From positions 1-26,493 of the forward strand of contig CBFIGY010000037.1 in NCBI GenBank assembly GCA_965662235.1: a stretch of DNA of 26,493 nt, written 5' to 3'. Source of the stretch: an uncultured bacterium. GTDB taxonomy: Bacteria; SAR324; NAC60-12. The translations under genes and the position numbers were made by a program. Under the pieces are notes generated by a model that did not search any database, had not been told where the DNA came from, and saw only the letters and a program-made list of their open reading frames with translations. Below, one piece after another: positions 9,182-18,575 of the stretch; within the stretch, counting starts at the first letter, position 1; each line of letters begins with the position of its first letter.

Positions 9182-9300
9182 AATCTACAATTCCGGCATT
9201 TTGTGAGATTATCCGGAAAGCATCCCTTTCAAAATTGTGATACGCTGAGGAAAGTTCTGAAAGTTTGTCACGTTTGTCACCCCTGCATGAGGAGTCAATA
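9182..9300 (+). promoter_or_regulatory. AT-rich intercistronic region; possible internal promoter for coxG and downstream genes
   Basis: Longest gap in the cluster (119 bp). Contains TTGTGA at 9201 and 9235, tandem GTTTGTCAC x2 (9263-9280) and SD GAGGAG at 9289-9294. Confidence 0.45.
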
Positions 9301-10062
9301 ATGGAAGTTGTTGCCGATAAGGTTTTTGAAGTCAATGCCCCTGTTGAGGACGTTTGGGGGCTTCTGAGTGACCCGTCTCGTGTGGTCGTTTGTGTTCCGG
9401 GCGCCCAGCTGACGGAAATCCTCGACGACCATAATTTTAAGGGCAAGATCAGCGTTAAGATTGGACCGGTGACCAGCAAGTTCAATGGAGACGCTCAGTT
9501 TGAAAAGCTTGACCCGGAAAACAAGGAAATGGTCCTGAAGGGCGCAGGCGCTGACACCGGCGGTAAGGGAAGTGCCAACATGACGATGACCGTCCGGCTT
9601 TCCCCCAAAGGCGACGGCACCGAGGTCAGCAGCAGCATGAAGCTCTCCATCACCGGAAAGCTCGCCCAGTTTGGCTCCCGGATGATTGTGGCGGTGAACG
9701 ACAAGATCTTCGACCAGTTTGCCAAGAGCTTCAGCAAGATGGCCGAATCCGGAGGCGCCACTGAAGAGCCCGCCGCTGCTCCTTCGACCCCAGCCCCGGC
9801 CGCTCCAGCAGCTGAGCCGGCCGCAGCATCCACCCCTGCGGCTCCGGCGGCAGCAGCAACGGCAACCGCGTCCGCTTCCACCGGAGTTGACACCAGCGCC
9901 CTGGAAGCCCGCATCGCGACCCTCGAAGCCACGGTGAAGCGTCTGGAAACCCAGGTCCGAGTCGTTCAGTCTCAGCTCAATTCAGACAACGAGCCTGAGC
10001 CCGTTAATGGCCTCCAGCTGGTCGGCTCGGCCATCATGAGCATGTTTACGGGAAAGAAGTAA
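9301..10062 (+). CDS. coxG: CoxG (SRPBCC/START-fold) accessory protein with Ala/Pro linker, coiled coil and C-terminal amphipathic tail
   Basis: VWGLLSDP...CVPGA, VKIGPV and GKLAQFGSRMI are CoxG motifs. ATG at 9301 follows GAGGAG. Confidence 0.88.
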   Translation: MEVVADKVFEVNAPVEDVWGLLSDPSRVVVCVPGAQLTEILDDHNFKGKISVKIGPVTSKFNGDAQFEKLDPENKEMVLKGAGADTGGKGSANMTMTVRLSPKGDGTEVSSSMKLSITGKLAQFGSRMIVAVNDKIFDQFAKSFSKMAESGGATEEPAAAPSTPAPAAPAAEPAAASTPAAPAAAATATASASTGVDTSALEARIATLEATVKRLETQVRVVQSQLNSDNEPEPVNGLQLVGSAIMSMFTGKK

Positions 10063-10065
10063 TCC

Positions 10066-10665
10066 ATGATCACAGCCATTCTCCTGGCTGCTGGTGAGTC
10101 CCGACGCATGGGGGAGCCCAACAAGCTCCTCCTGCCCTTCCGGGGCCGCCCCTTCATTGCCCACATTGCCGACCAGCTGCTGCACTCCGCCGCTGACGAA
10201 GTGCTTGTGGTCACCGGTCACGAACGTGCAGCGGTAGAGCAGGCGTTGGCAGAGCTACCGCTGCGCACGGTGCACAATCCGGAATACGTTCAGGGCATGA
10301 CCACGACCATCCGGGCTGGGGTTCAGGCTGCGGCTCCGGAGACGGAAGGCTACATGATCTGCCTTTCCGATTTGCCCTTTATTGAGGCCTCAGACTACAC
10401 TGAATTGATCCGGAGTTTCCAACAGTTCCAAAGCTCGGAACCCAAGGTGATTGTCCGTCCCGTCTATGAACAGCAGCCGGGCAATCCAGTGCTCTTTTCC
10501 GCCTCCTTTCGGGACGAAATCCTCTCCCATGAAAAGATGGAAGGATGCCGGGGGCTGATCAAGATGCACCGCGACTGCGTGCGTCTGGTGCCCATGCTCA
10601 ATGACCACACGCTTCGGGACATTGACACTCCGGAGGATTACGAACGGTACCTGCAGACAGCCTAA
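10066..10665 (+). CDS. mocA: Molybdenum cofactor cytidylyltransferase (MocA-like nucleotidyltransferase)
   Basis: LLAAGESRRMG...NKLL, GM-x-x-(T/S)I, DLP, GNPVLF, DIDTPEDY. CODH uses MCD, which fits the context. Confidence 0.82.
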   Translation: MITAILLAAGESRRMGEPNKLLLPFRGRPFIAHIADQLLHSAADEVLVVTGHERAAVEQALAELPLRTVHNPEYVQGMTTTIRAGVQAAAPETEGYMICLSDLPFIEASDYTELIRSFQQFQSSEPKVIVRPVYEQQPGNPVLFSASFRDEILSHEKMEGCRGLIKMHRDCVRLVPMLNDHTLRDIDTPEDYERYLQTA

Positions 10666-10725
10666 CGCACACCACACACCACAACGCAACCCCCGCCCTT
10701 CCTCTATCAAACACCTGGAACCCTT

Positions 10726-11523
10726 ATGTCCGCTGAATACTTTGAGAAGATCAATGAGCTGACTCACGCAGAAGTTCCCTTTGCTACGGCCACGGTCATC
10801 AAGATCACCGGGTCCGTTTCTGCCAAGCCAGGTTCAAAGTCGATTGTTGACGCCCAGGGCGAGACCCTCTTTGGCTGGGTGGGGGGCGGTTGTGCGGAAA
10901 GCGCCGTCCGTGAAGCGGCCTTGGATGCGCTCAAGGATGGCGAAACCCGCATTGTTCCTCTGGACCTTGACGACGAGGTGCTGGGCGTGGGCATGCCCTG
11001 CGGAGGCACCATGGAAGTCTATGTGGAACCCTTCCTGCCCCGTCCGGAGCTGATGATTGTCGGGCATGGACGGATTGCTGAGATGCTCGGAGAGCTGGGG
11101 CACGCCCTGCACTTTCGAGTCACCGTCAACGACCCGGGCGCCACCCGTCAGCACTTCCCTCATGCAGAAAAGCTGATCACCTCCGATCCGGACTTTCAAC
11201 AGATGGAAGTGGGCCCGAACACGTACGTGGTCGTGGTGACCCAGCACAAGGGAGACCAGCACTCCATCAAGAAGGCGCTGGAGGGAAATGGCCGCTACAT
11301 CGGCCTGGTGGCCAGCACCAAGCGTTCGCGATTGGTCTTTGAGTACCTCCGGGACGAAGGCGTCACGGATCAGCAACTGAAGCGCGTGCATGCGCCCTGT
11401 GGCTTGGACCTCGGAGGCACCAGCCCAGAAGAGATTGCCCTGAGCATCATCAGCGAGATCGTCAAGCTCCGCCGCGGGGGCTCCGGGACGCCGTTGATGG
11501 AGCTCAAGCAGTGCGGCATCTGA
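10726..11523 (+). CDS. Second XdhC/CoxF/CoxI-family Moco chaperone
   Basis: GWVGGGCAE, GMPCGGTMEVYVEP, YIGLVAS, PCGLDLGGTSPEEIALSIISEI. Confidence 0.87.
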   Translation: MSAEYFEKINELTHAEVPFATATVIKITGSVSAKPGSKSIVDAQGETLFGWVGGGCAESAVREAALDALKDGETRIVPLDLDDEVLGVGMPCGGTMEVYVEPFLPRPELMIVGHGRIAEMLGELGHALHFRVTVNDPGATRQHFPHAEKLITSDPDFQQMEVGPNTYVVVVTQHKGDQHSIKKALEGNGRYIGLVASTKRSRLVFEYLRDEGVTDQQLKRVHAPCGLDLGGTSPEEIALSIISEIVKLRRGGSGTPLMELKQCGI

Positions 11524-11533
11524 GGGGGGTGAC

Positions 11534-12760
11534 GTGACCCTTGCGACCTCCGACCTCCGGGCGCAGTTCCCCATTCTCCAACGTCCCATCCATGGGCATC
11601 CGCTGGTGTACCTGGACAACGCGTCCACGACCCAGAAGCCTCAGGTGGTCATTGACACCCTGACCGACTTCCTCACTCAACGGAACGCCAACATCCACCG
11701 GGGCGTGTACCTGCTTTCTGAAGAATCTTCAGATGCGTATGAGCAGGCCCGGACGGCAGTGGCTCGTTTCCTTAAGGCACCGCAGGCGGAGCAGATCCTC
11801 TTCACCCGTGGCACCACCGAGTCCATCAACCTTGTCGCTCAGGCTTGGGCCCGTCCTCGTCTGCAACCGGGTGACCGGATCCTCCTGACGGAGATGGAGC
11901 ACCACTCGAACCAGGTTCCGTGGCAGCTCGTGGCCGAGAAAACCGGAGCCACCCTTGAGTATGCTGAAATCAGTGACACCGGAGAACTCTCCTTGGAGGC
12001 CCTGGAAGCCCAGCTCCAGTCGGGCCCCCAGCTGCTGACGCTGACCGCCATCTCCAACGTGCTCGGAACCATCAATCCGCTGCCGGAAATCATCGCACTC
12101 GCCCACCAGCACGGAGTTCCTGTTTTGGTTGATGCCGCCCAGGCCGTGGGACGCTTTCCGCTGGATGTCACCGCCCTAGACTGCGACTTCCTCGCCTTCT
12201 CCGGACACAAACTCTATGGTCCCACCGGCATTGGCGTCCTGTACGTCAAACCAGAGCGGTTCGCCGAGATGCAGCCCTGGCAAGGCGGCGGTGGCATGAT
12301 CTCCCGAGTCGGACGAGACACCTCCACTTGGGCAGAGGGACCGGCCAAGTTTGAAGCCGGCACCCCCCCGATTGCTGAAGCAGCAGGACTGCAGGCGGCC
12401 ATCGACTGGGTCGAGGCTCAGGGCGTCTCCGCCATTCAGGCCCATGAACGGGAGTTGACCGACCTGGCACTCGGGCGCCTGCTGGAGGAGCCGGACGTAC
12501 ACGTGGTCGGGCCTCCGGATCCACAAAAGCGGTCCGGGCTGGTCTCCTTCACCCTCGACGGCATCCACCCCCATGACATTGCTCAGATCCTTGATGAGTC
12601 TGGAATCGCCGTCCGGGCTGGACACCACTGCGCCCAGGTGCTTCACCAACGCCTAGGCGTTCCAGCTACGGTCCGGATGAGCTTTGGCATCTACAACACC
12701 CTTGATGAAGTCAACAGGGCCATCGACGCGCTCGAAGCGGTCCGAAAGGTTTTTGCATGA
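11534..12760 (+). CDS. sufS: Group II (SufS-type) cysteine desulfurase
   Basis: YLDNASTTQKP, FTRGTTESIN, EHHSN, DAAQ, PLP-lysine motif SGHK, FEAGTP, HPHD and catalytic RAGHHCA; GTG start. Confidence 0.93.
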   Translation: MTLATSDLRAQFPILQRPIHGHPLVYLDNASTTQKPQVVIDTLTDFLTQRNANIHRGVYLLSEESSDAYEQARTAVARFLKAPQAEQILFTRGTTESINLVAQAWARPRLQPGDRILLTEMEHHSNQVPWQLVAEKTGATLEYAEISDTGELSLEALEAQLQSGPQLLTLTAISNVLGTINPLPEIIALAHQHGVPVLVDAAQAVGRFPLDVTALDCDFLAFSGHKLYGPTGIGVLYVKPERFAEMQPWQGGGGMISRVGRDTSTWAEGPAKFEAGTPPIAEAAGLQAAIDWVEAQGVSAIQAHERELTDLALGRLLEEPDVHVVGPPDPQKRSGLVSFTLDGIHPHDIAQILDESGIAVRAGHHCAQVLHQRLGVPATVRMSFGIYNTLDEVNRAIDALEAVRKVFA

Positions 12761-13191
12761 GTGACTCCCTGTACCGTGATGTGCTCATGGAGCACATGAA
12801 GCGCCCCCGCTTTACTGGAAAGGTTGACCCTGCCGACCTTCAGGCTTCAGTCAACAATCCTCTCTGCGGAGACGAACTGGAGCTGACCCTTTCCCTAGAA
12901 GGGGACCAGATCACAGAAGCCCGGACCCAGGCCCGAGGGTGCTCGGTCTGTGTCGCGTCGGCTTCGCTGATGGGAGAGGCGCTGCAGGGGTGCCGCTTGG
13001 CTGATGCTGCTGCGCTCAGTGCCGCTTTCCACACCGCGATGGACACCGGGACCCTCCCGGACCCTGCGCCTGATTTCTTACCGCCTCTCATGCAGATTCG
13101 CCAGCACAAGAGCCGCGTCAAGTGCGCCTCCCTTGCCTGGAATGCCCTGGATGAGTGCCTCCGTAACGCCCCTTCTGAGCCGTCTTCATGA
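12757..13191 (+). CDS. sufU: SufU-type (NifU_N/IscU-like) sulfur-transfer protein
   Basis: LY...MEH..RPR, NPLCGD, GCSVC, RVKCA. It lacks the IscU LPPVK motif and has the longer SufU-type spacing between Cys2 and Cys3. ATGA overlap with sufS. Confidence 0.88.
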   Translation: MSDSLYRDVLMEHMKRPRFTGKVDPADLQASVNNPLCGDELELTLSLEGDQITEARTQARGCSVCVASASLMGEALQGCRLADAAALSAAFHTAMDTGTLPDPAPDFLPPLMQIRQHKSRVKCASLAWNALDECLRNAPSEPSS

Positions 13192-14099
13192 TCGCCAATC
13201 CGCAACTCGACCGCGTCCAGTCTCTGCTTGAAGAGCAGGACTACATTGCCGACCGCAGCATCGTCATGTCCGTCTACCTGGCCATGACCCTGCACAAGCC
13301 TCTGCTCATTGAGGGACCTGCCGGGGTTGGAAAAACCGAGATTGCCAAGGTCATGGCCCGGGCGCTGGACACGGACCTCATCCGCCTGCAGTGCTACGAA
13401 GGCCTCGATGCCAACATGGCGCTCTATGAGTGGAACTACCAGCGGCAGTTGCTGCACCTGAAGATGGATGAAAACAGCACCAAGACGCTTGAAGAACGTG
13501 AAGCCACCATCTTTGGCGAAGAGTTCCTCCTCAAGCGTCCGCTGCTGCAAGCACTCACGCATCCCAAGCCTCCGGTGCTGCTCATTGACGAACTGGACCG
13601 GGCTGATGAGGAATTTGAGGCCTTCCTTCTGGAAATCCTTTCCGAGTGGCAGATCACCATTCCGGAAATTGGCAGCATCAAGGCCGAGGCGCCCCCCTAC
13701 GTCATCCTTACCGGCAACCGGACCCGAGAGCTCTCAGACGCCGTCCGGCGCCGCTGCTTCTACCTCTGGATCGACTATCCGGAGTATGACAAGGAACTTG
13801 CCATTGTGAAGAACAAGGTGCCTGAAGTGGATGGCAACCTGGCCTCTCAGCTCTGCCAGTTCATGGAGCTGATGCGGGAGCAGAAGCTGGAGAAGACTCC
13901 GGGCGTTGCCGAAACCCTGGACTGGGCCAAAGCCCTGGCCGCGCTGCATCAGAACCACCTGGATCCGGAAATTGTCGAAGAGACCCTGGGCCTCGTCTTC
14001 AAGGACCGCAACGACGTCCGGCAGGTGAAGGAGTCGCTGGCGAGCTTCCTGGAACGCGTCGGCGTTCACGCCAAGGAAATCCCCACCGTCGAAGACTGA
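13188..14099 (+). CDS. coxD: CoxD-type MoxR-family AAA+ ATPase, copy 2
   Basis: GPAGVGKT, RLQCYEG, LLIDELDRAD, NRTRELSDAVRRRC, PGVAETLDWA; ATGA overlap with sufU. Confidence 0.88.
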   Translation: MIANPQLDRVQSLLEEQDYIADRSIVMSVYLAMTLHKPLLIEGPAGVGKTEIAKVMARALDTDLIRLQCYEGLDANMALYEWNYQRQLLHLKMDENSTKTLEEREATIFGEEFLLKRPLLQALTHPKPPVLLIDELDRADEEFEAFLLEILSEWQITIPEIGSIKAEAPPYVILTGNRTRELSDAVRRRCFYLWIDYPEYDKELAIVKNKVPEVDGNLASQLCQFMELMREQKLEKTPGVAETLDWAKALAALHQNHLDPEIVEETLGLVFKDRNDVRQVKESLASFLERVGVHAKEIPTVED

Positions 14100-14117
14100 C
14101 GCCTCCGGAAGCCTACC

Positions 14118-15311
14118 ATGTCGTACCTCTTTGAAGACCTTGCCCTCCGTCGGGAATTCAGTGCCAACGTCGTCGGCTTCTGCCGCTGGCTCCGCAAGCA
14201 TGGAGCCGGCCCCGGCCCTGGAGACCAGATGGATGCCCTCCGCGCCCTAGACGCCATTGACCTCACAGACGAGGAAGACTTTTACTGGACCCTCCGGACC
14301 ACCCTGGCCAAGAGCCGCCGGGAGCAGGAAATCTTTGATGAGCACTACCGGAACTTCTGGTACGTCTGGGACCGCGCGGAACAGCTCAACTACCGCGATG
14401 AGAAGGAAACGGAGGTGCCCAAGAACGTCATTGACGAACGGCCCCGGAAGCAGCGTTACATCAGCATCAACGACTGGCTCAACCATCAGGATGAAGCCTC
14501 AGATGAGCAGGAAGCCGCTGGATACAGCCCCTTTGAGGTCACCACGGAGCGGGACTTCAGTGGCTTTGCCGGAGAGGACTTGGAAGAGGTGGCGCGGTTG
14601 ATCAATGAGATTGGGAAGTCCCTTGCGGTCAAGTTCAGCCGCCGGACCATGCAGTCCAACCGACGGGGGCCCCTTGACTTACGCCGGACCATGCGAGGGT
14701 CCCTGCGCCGCGGAGGCGACATCCTCGACTTGGCCCACCGGCAGCGGCGACGGCAGAAGCTCAAGCTCGTCCTCCTCTGTGACGTCAGCAAATCGATGGA
14801 CCTCTACAGCCGCTTTCTCATTCAATTCATCTACGCCTTCCAGAGCGTTTACAAGCGCATTGAGACCTTTGTCTTCAGCACCTCCCTGCACCGCGTCACC
14901 GAGACGCTGCAGGCGGAGGAACTCGAGGAGGCCCTTCAGGAGCTGGAAGACACGGTTCCAGACTGGTCCGGAGGAACCAAGATTGGCGGGTCGTTGACGG
15001 AGTTTGTGGAGCAGCATGGGCTGGCGTTGCTGGACCCGGGGACGATTGTCCTCATTGTCAGCGACGGCTGGGACACTGGCGAAGTGGAGTTGCTGGAAGA
15101 CAGCATGCGGGTGATCAAGCAGCGCTCCCGGAGCGTGATCTGGCTGAACCCGCTGATGGGGAATCCGGAGTATCAGCCCTCAACCCGGGGGATGCAAGCG
15201 GCGTTGCCCTTCATTGACATCTTTGCCTCCGCCCACAACCTCAACAGCCTCCGGAGGCTGGTTCGGCAGCTGTCCCGCGTTCAGCACGGTCGACAGCTGC
15301 GTGCCGCCTGA
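14118..15311 (+). CDS. coxE: CoxE-type VWA-domain protein, copy 2
   Basis: MIDAS-like DVSKSM, FVFSTSL, WSGGTKIG, VSDGWDTG, IWLNP, HNLNSL. Confidence 0.87.
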   Translation: MSYLFEDLALRREFSANVVGFCRWLRKHGAGPGPGDQMDALRALDAIDLTDEEDFYWTLRTTLAKSRREQEIFDEHYRNFWYVWDRAEQLNYRDEKETEVPKNVIDERPRKQRYISINDWLNHQDEASDEQEAAGYSPFEVTTERDFSGFAGEDLEEVARLINEIGKSLAVKFSRRTMQSNRRGPLDLRRTMRGSLRRGGDILDLAHRQRRRQKLKLVLLCDVSKSMDLYSRFLIQFIYAFQSVYKRIETFVFSTSLHRVTETLQAEELEEALQELEDTVPDWSGGTKIGGSLTEFVEQHGLALLDPGTIVLIVSDGWDTGEVELLEDSMRVIKQRSRSVIWLNPLMGNPEYQPSTRGMQAALPFIDIFASAHNLNSLRRLVRQLSRVQHGRQLRAA

Positions 15312-15328
15312 GCAGCGGCTCCGGGTGC

Positions 15329-18300
15329 CTAGGCGTTGACCTTGAGCGGGTAGTAGTGGAAGCTCTCGTAGCGCCCGTACTGCGCCAGGGAGCGCGCGTA
15401 CTGCAGGGCGCCTTCCGCAGTGGTGTAGTAAGGCAGGTTGTACAGCAACGCCACCCGTCGGATGTGACTTGGGTCCACCGCCCGCTTGCGTGGAGCCGTC
15501 GTGTTGATGATGATCCCCACCTCTCCTGCATGAATCCGGGCGTGGACGCTTTCTGCGGATTCTGGATCTAGGTTCGTCCGAGCAACCGGCACCCCTGCGG
15601 CTTCCAGCACCTGCGCGGTTCCGTCCGTGGCCAGAATCTGATAGCCCGCCTCCACCAGTGCCTCTGCAACCGGCACCATTTTGGGCTTGTCGGCATCCGT
15701 CACCCCAATGAACGCGTAGTGCTTTTCCAAAAGCTTCGGGTTGTAAACCGCTACCTGAGCCTTGACAAACGCTTCCTCAAACGTCTCTCCGCGTCCCATC
15801 ACCTCGCCAGTGGACTTCATTTCCGGACCCAGCTCAGTGTCAGAACCGGCAAACCGAGCAAATGGGAAGACGGTTTCCTTCACGGAAAACAGTTCCGGCT
15901 TCTGGTACTCATACCCCAGGCTGTCCATGGTCGCGCCCAGCATCAACTGAGTCGCATACTTGGCCAAGGGCTTCCCCACCGACTTGCTGACAAACGGCAC
16001 CGTCCGAGACGCCCGCGGGTTCACCTCAATGACGTACACCGTGTCATCCTTGACTGCAAACTGGACGTTCATCAGCCCCTTGACCTTCAGTTCCAGCGCC
16101 AGAGCCTTGGCCTGCGTCTCAATTTCCGCCACCACGGCGTCACTCAGTCCATGAGGTGGCAGGGAACAGGCGCTGTCTCCGGAGTGAATGCCGGCGCGCT
16201 CAATGTGCTCCATGACGCCTCCAATCTCAGCGTTCTGCCCATCCGCCAGCACATCCACGTCCACTTCCACGGCGTCTTCTAGGAAGTCGTCAATCAGCAC
16301 CGGATGCTCTGGTGAAACCCGAGCAGCCTCTTCAAAGAACTCCTGGAGCTGCGATTCCGACTGCACAATCATCATCGCGCGACCTCCCAGAACGTAAGAG
16401 GGTCGGACGAGGATGGGATAGCCAATGGTTCGGCCAATCTCCCGGGCCTCTTCCAGCGAGCGCGCCATGCCGTTTTGGGGCTGCTTCAGTCCCAGCTTGC
16501 CCAGGAGCTCAGCAAAACGCTCCCGATCCTCTGCACGGTCGATGCTGTCAAAAGGCGTCCCCAGCAGCCGAACTCCCGCCTCATGCAGGGGCTTGGCCAG
16601 CTTCAATGGGGTCTGCCCTCCCAGCTGCACAATCACTCCCAACGGACGTTCCAGCTCAATGATGTGCATGACGTCCTCAAAGGTGATCGGCTCAAAGTAG
16701 AGGCGGTCCGAGGTGTCGTAGTCCGTGCTCACCGTCTCAGGGTTGCAGTTGACCATGATCGCTTCATACCCCAAATCACGGGCGGCAAACGCGGCATGAA
16801 CGCAGCAGTAGTCAAACTCAATGCCCTGTCCAATGCGGTTCGGACCACTGCCCAGGATCATCACCTTCGGCGCATCCGTGGGCAGTGACTCATTCTCTTC
16901 CTCATACGTTGAATAGAAATAGGGTGTTTCAGACGGGAACTCCGCGGCGCAGGTATCCACGAGTTTGAAGACCGGAAGCACGCCCCACTGGCGGCGGTGT
17001 CCGGTGATTTCCCGCTCCGTCACTCCCAGGAGGCGGCTGAGGCGCTGGTCCGAAAAACCCGCTTGCTTCCAGCTCCGCAGCATGACGGGGTTGACGTCGC
17101 TCCAAGGCTGCGCCGCAATCTGCTGTTCCTCGTCAATCAGAGCCCGCAGCTGAGCCAGGAACCAGGGGTCAATGAAGGTCAGCTCAAACAGGCGTTCATT
17201 GCTCCATCCGTGTCGCATGGCCTCTGCCACGTACCACAGGCGCTGGCTGCTGGGCTGCCGAAGCTTCTTCCGGAAGAAGTCTTCGAGGTCTCCGTCGGCC
17301 TCCAGCTTGGGCTCGTCCAGTCCGGAGCTACCGACTTCCAGTGAGCGTAGAGCCTTCTGAAAGGACTCCCGGAAGGTGCGCCCGATCGCCATCACCTCTC
17401 CGACCGACTGCATCTGGGTGCCAAGCAGGTCCTGCGTCAGCGGGAACTTCTCGAACGTGAACCGGGGGATCTTGGTCACAATGTAGTCAATGGAGGGCTC
17501 AAAGCACGCCGGAGTCTTGCGGGTGATGTCGTTCGGGATCTCATCCAGGGTGTACCCCACCGCCAGCTTGGCTGCAATCTTGGCAATCGGGAAGCCTGTG
17601 GCCTTTGACGCAAGGGCGGAGCTGCGGGACACACGCGGGTTCATTTCAATGATCATCACCTGCCCATCTGCCGGATTGACGGCAAACTGGACATTCGACC
17701 CGCCGGTATCAACGCCAATCTCACGCATCACCGCCAAAGAGAGGTCCCGGAGGTGCTGATACTCCCGGTCCGTCAGGGTTTGCGACGGGGCCACCGTGAT
17801 GCTGTCTCCGGTGTGGACGCCCATGGGGTCCAGGTTTTCAATGGAGCAGACGATCACCACGTTGTCCTTGCGGTCCCGCATCACCTCCAGCTCATACTCC
17901 TTCCACCCCAGAATCGACTGTTCCACCAGCACCTCCTGCGTCGGAGACGCGGCCAGGCCGGCTTCCACAATGCTTTTGAGCTGAGCCTTGTCGTAGGCAA
18001 TCCCGCCTCCGGAGCCTCCCAAGGTGAAGGAGGGACGGATGATGAGGGGAAAGTCGGTTTCCTCAGCCATTTCCAGCGCCTCTGTCACCGCGTGGATGAT
18101 GCGACTGGCGGGCATCGCAATGCCAATCTTCTCCATGGCGGCCCGGAAGAGCTCGCGGTTTTCGGCCTTGTTGATGGCCTCAATGCTGGCCCCGATCAGC
18201 TCCACCCCAAACTCGTCCAGCACCCCGGCCTCATGCAACGAAATGGCGGCATTGAGCGCGGTCTGCCCGCCCATTGTGGGGAGAACGGCGTCTGGACGTT

Positions 18301-18541
18301 CCTTTTCAATGATGGACCGGAGGGCGCCCACCGTGATCGGTTCAATGTAGGTGGCATCCACCAGTCCCGGATCCGTCATGATTGTCGCCGGGTTGCTGTT
18401 CACCAGCACAACCCGGTACCCTTCCTCCTTGAGAGCCTTGCAGGCTTGGGTTCCGCTGTAGTCAAATTCACACGCCTGACCAATCACAATTGGTCCGGAG
18501 CCGATGAGCAGAATGGAACTGATGTCAGTGCGCTTGGGCAT
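15329..18541 (-). CDS. carB: Carbamoyl-phosphate synthase large subunit
   Basis: MPKRTDI...[17 protein letters not shown], two ATP-grasp halves (HTGDS and [15 protein letters not shown] and EVNPRASRT) and a C-terminal MGS domain; 1070 aa. Confidence 0.98.
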   Translation of the reverse strand: MPKRTDISSILLIGSGPIVIGQACEFDYSGTQACKALKEEGYRVVLVNSNPATIMTDPGLVDATYIEPITVGALRSIIEKERPDAVLPTMGGQTALNAAISLHEAGVLDEFGVELIGASIEAINKAENRELFRAAMEKIGIAMPASRIIHAVTEALEMAEETDFPLIIRPSFTLGGSGGGIAYDKAQLKSIVEAGLAASPTQEVLVEQSILGWKEYELEVMRDRKDNVVIVCSIENLDPMGVHTGDSITVAPSQTLTDREYQHLRDLSLAVMREIGVDTGGSNVQFAVNPADGQVMIIEMNPRVSRSSALASKATGFPIAKIAAKLAVGYTLDEIPNDITRKTPACFEPSIDYIVTKIPRFTFEKFPLTQDLLGTQMQSVGEVMAIGRTFRESFQKALRSLEVGSSGLDEPKLEADGDLEDFFRKKLRQPSSQRLWYVAEAMRHGWSNERLFELTFIDPWFLAQLRALIDEEQQIAAQPWSDVNPVMLRSWKQAGFSDQRLSRLLGVTEREITGHRRQWGVLPVFKLVDTCAAEFPSETPYFYSTYEEENESLPTDAPKVMILGSGPNRIGQGIEFDYCCVHAAFAARDLGYEAIMVNCNPETVSTDYDTSDRLYFEPITFEDVMHIIELERPLGVIVQLGGQTPLKLAKPLHEAGVRLLGTPFDSIDRAEDRERFAELLGKLGLKQPQNGMARSLEEAREIGRTIGYPILVRPSYVLGGRAMMIVQSESQLQEFFEEAARVSPEHPVLIDDFLEDAVEVDVDVLADGQNAEIGGVMEHIERAGIHSGDSACSLPPHGLSDAVVAEIETQAKALALELKVKGLMNVQFAVKDDTVYVIEVNPRASRTVPFVSKSVGKPLAKYATQLMLGATMDSLGYEYQKPELFSVKETVFPFARFAGSDTELGPEMKSTGEVMGRGETFEEAFVKAQVAVYNPKLLEKHYAFIGVTDADKPKMVPVAEALVEAGYQILATDGTAQVLEAAGVPVARTNLDPESAESVHARIHAGEVGIIINTTAPRKRAVDPSHIRRVALLYNLPYYTTAEGALQYARSLAQYGRYESFHYYPLKVNA

Positions 18542-18575
18542 GGAGGAGGATGCGAGGTTAGGAGGTTAGTGAGTT

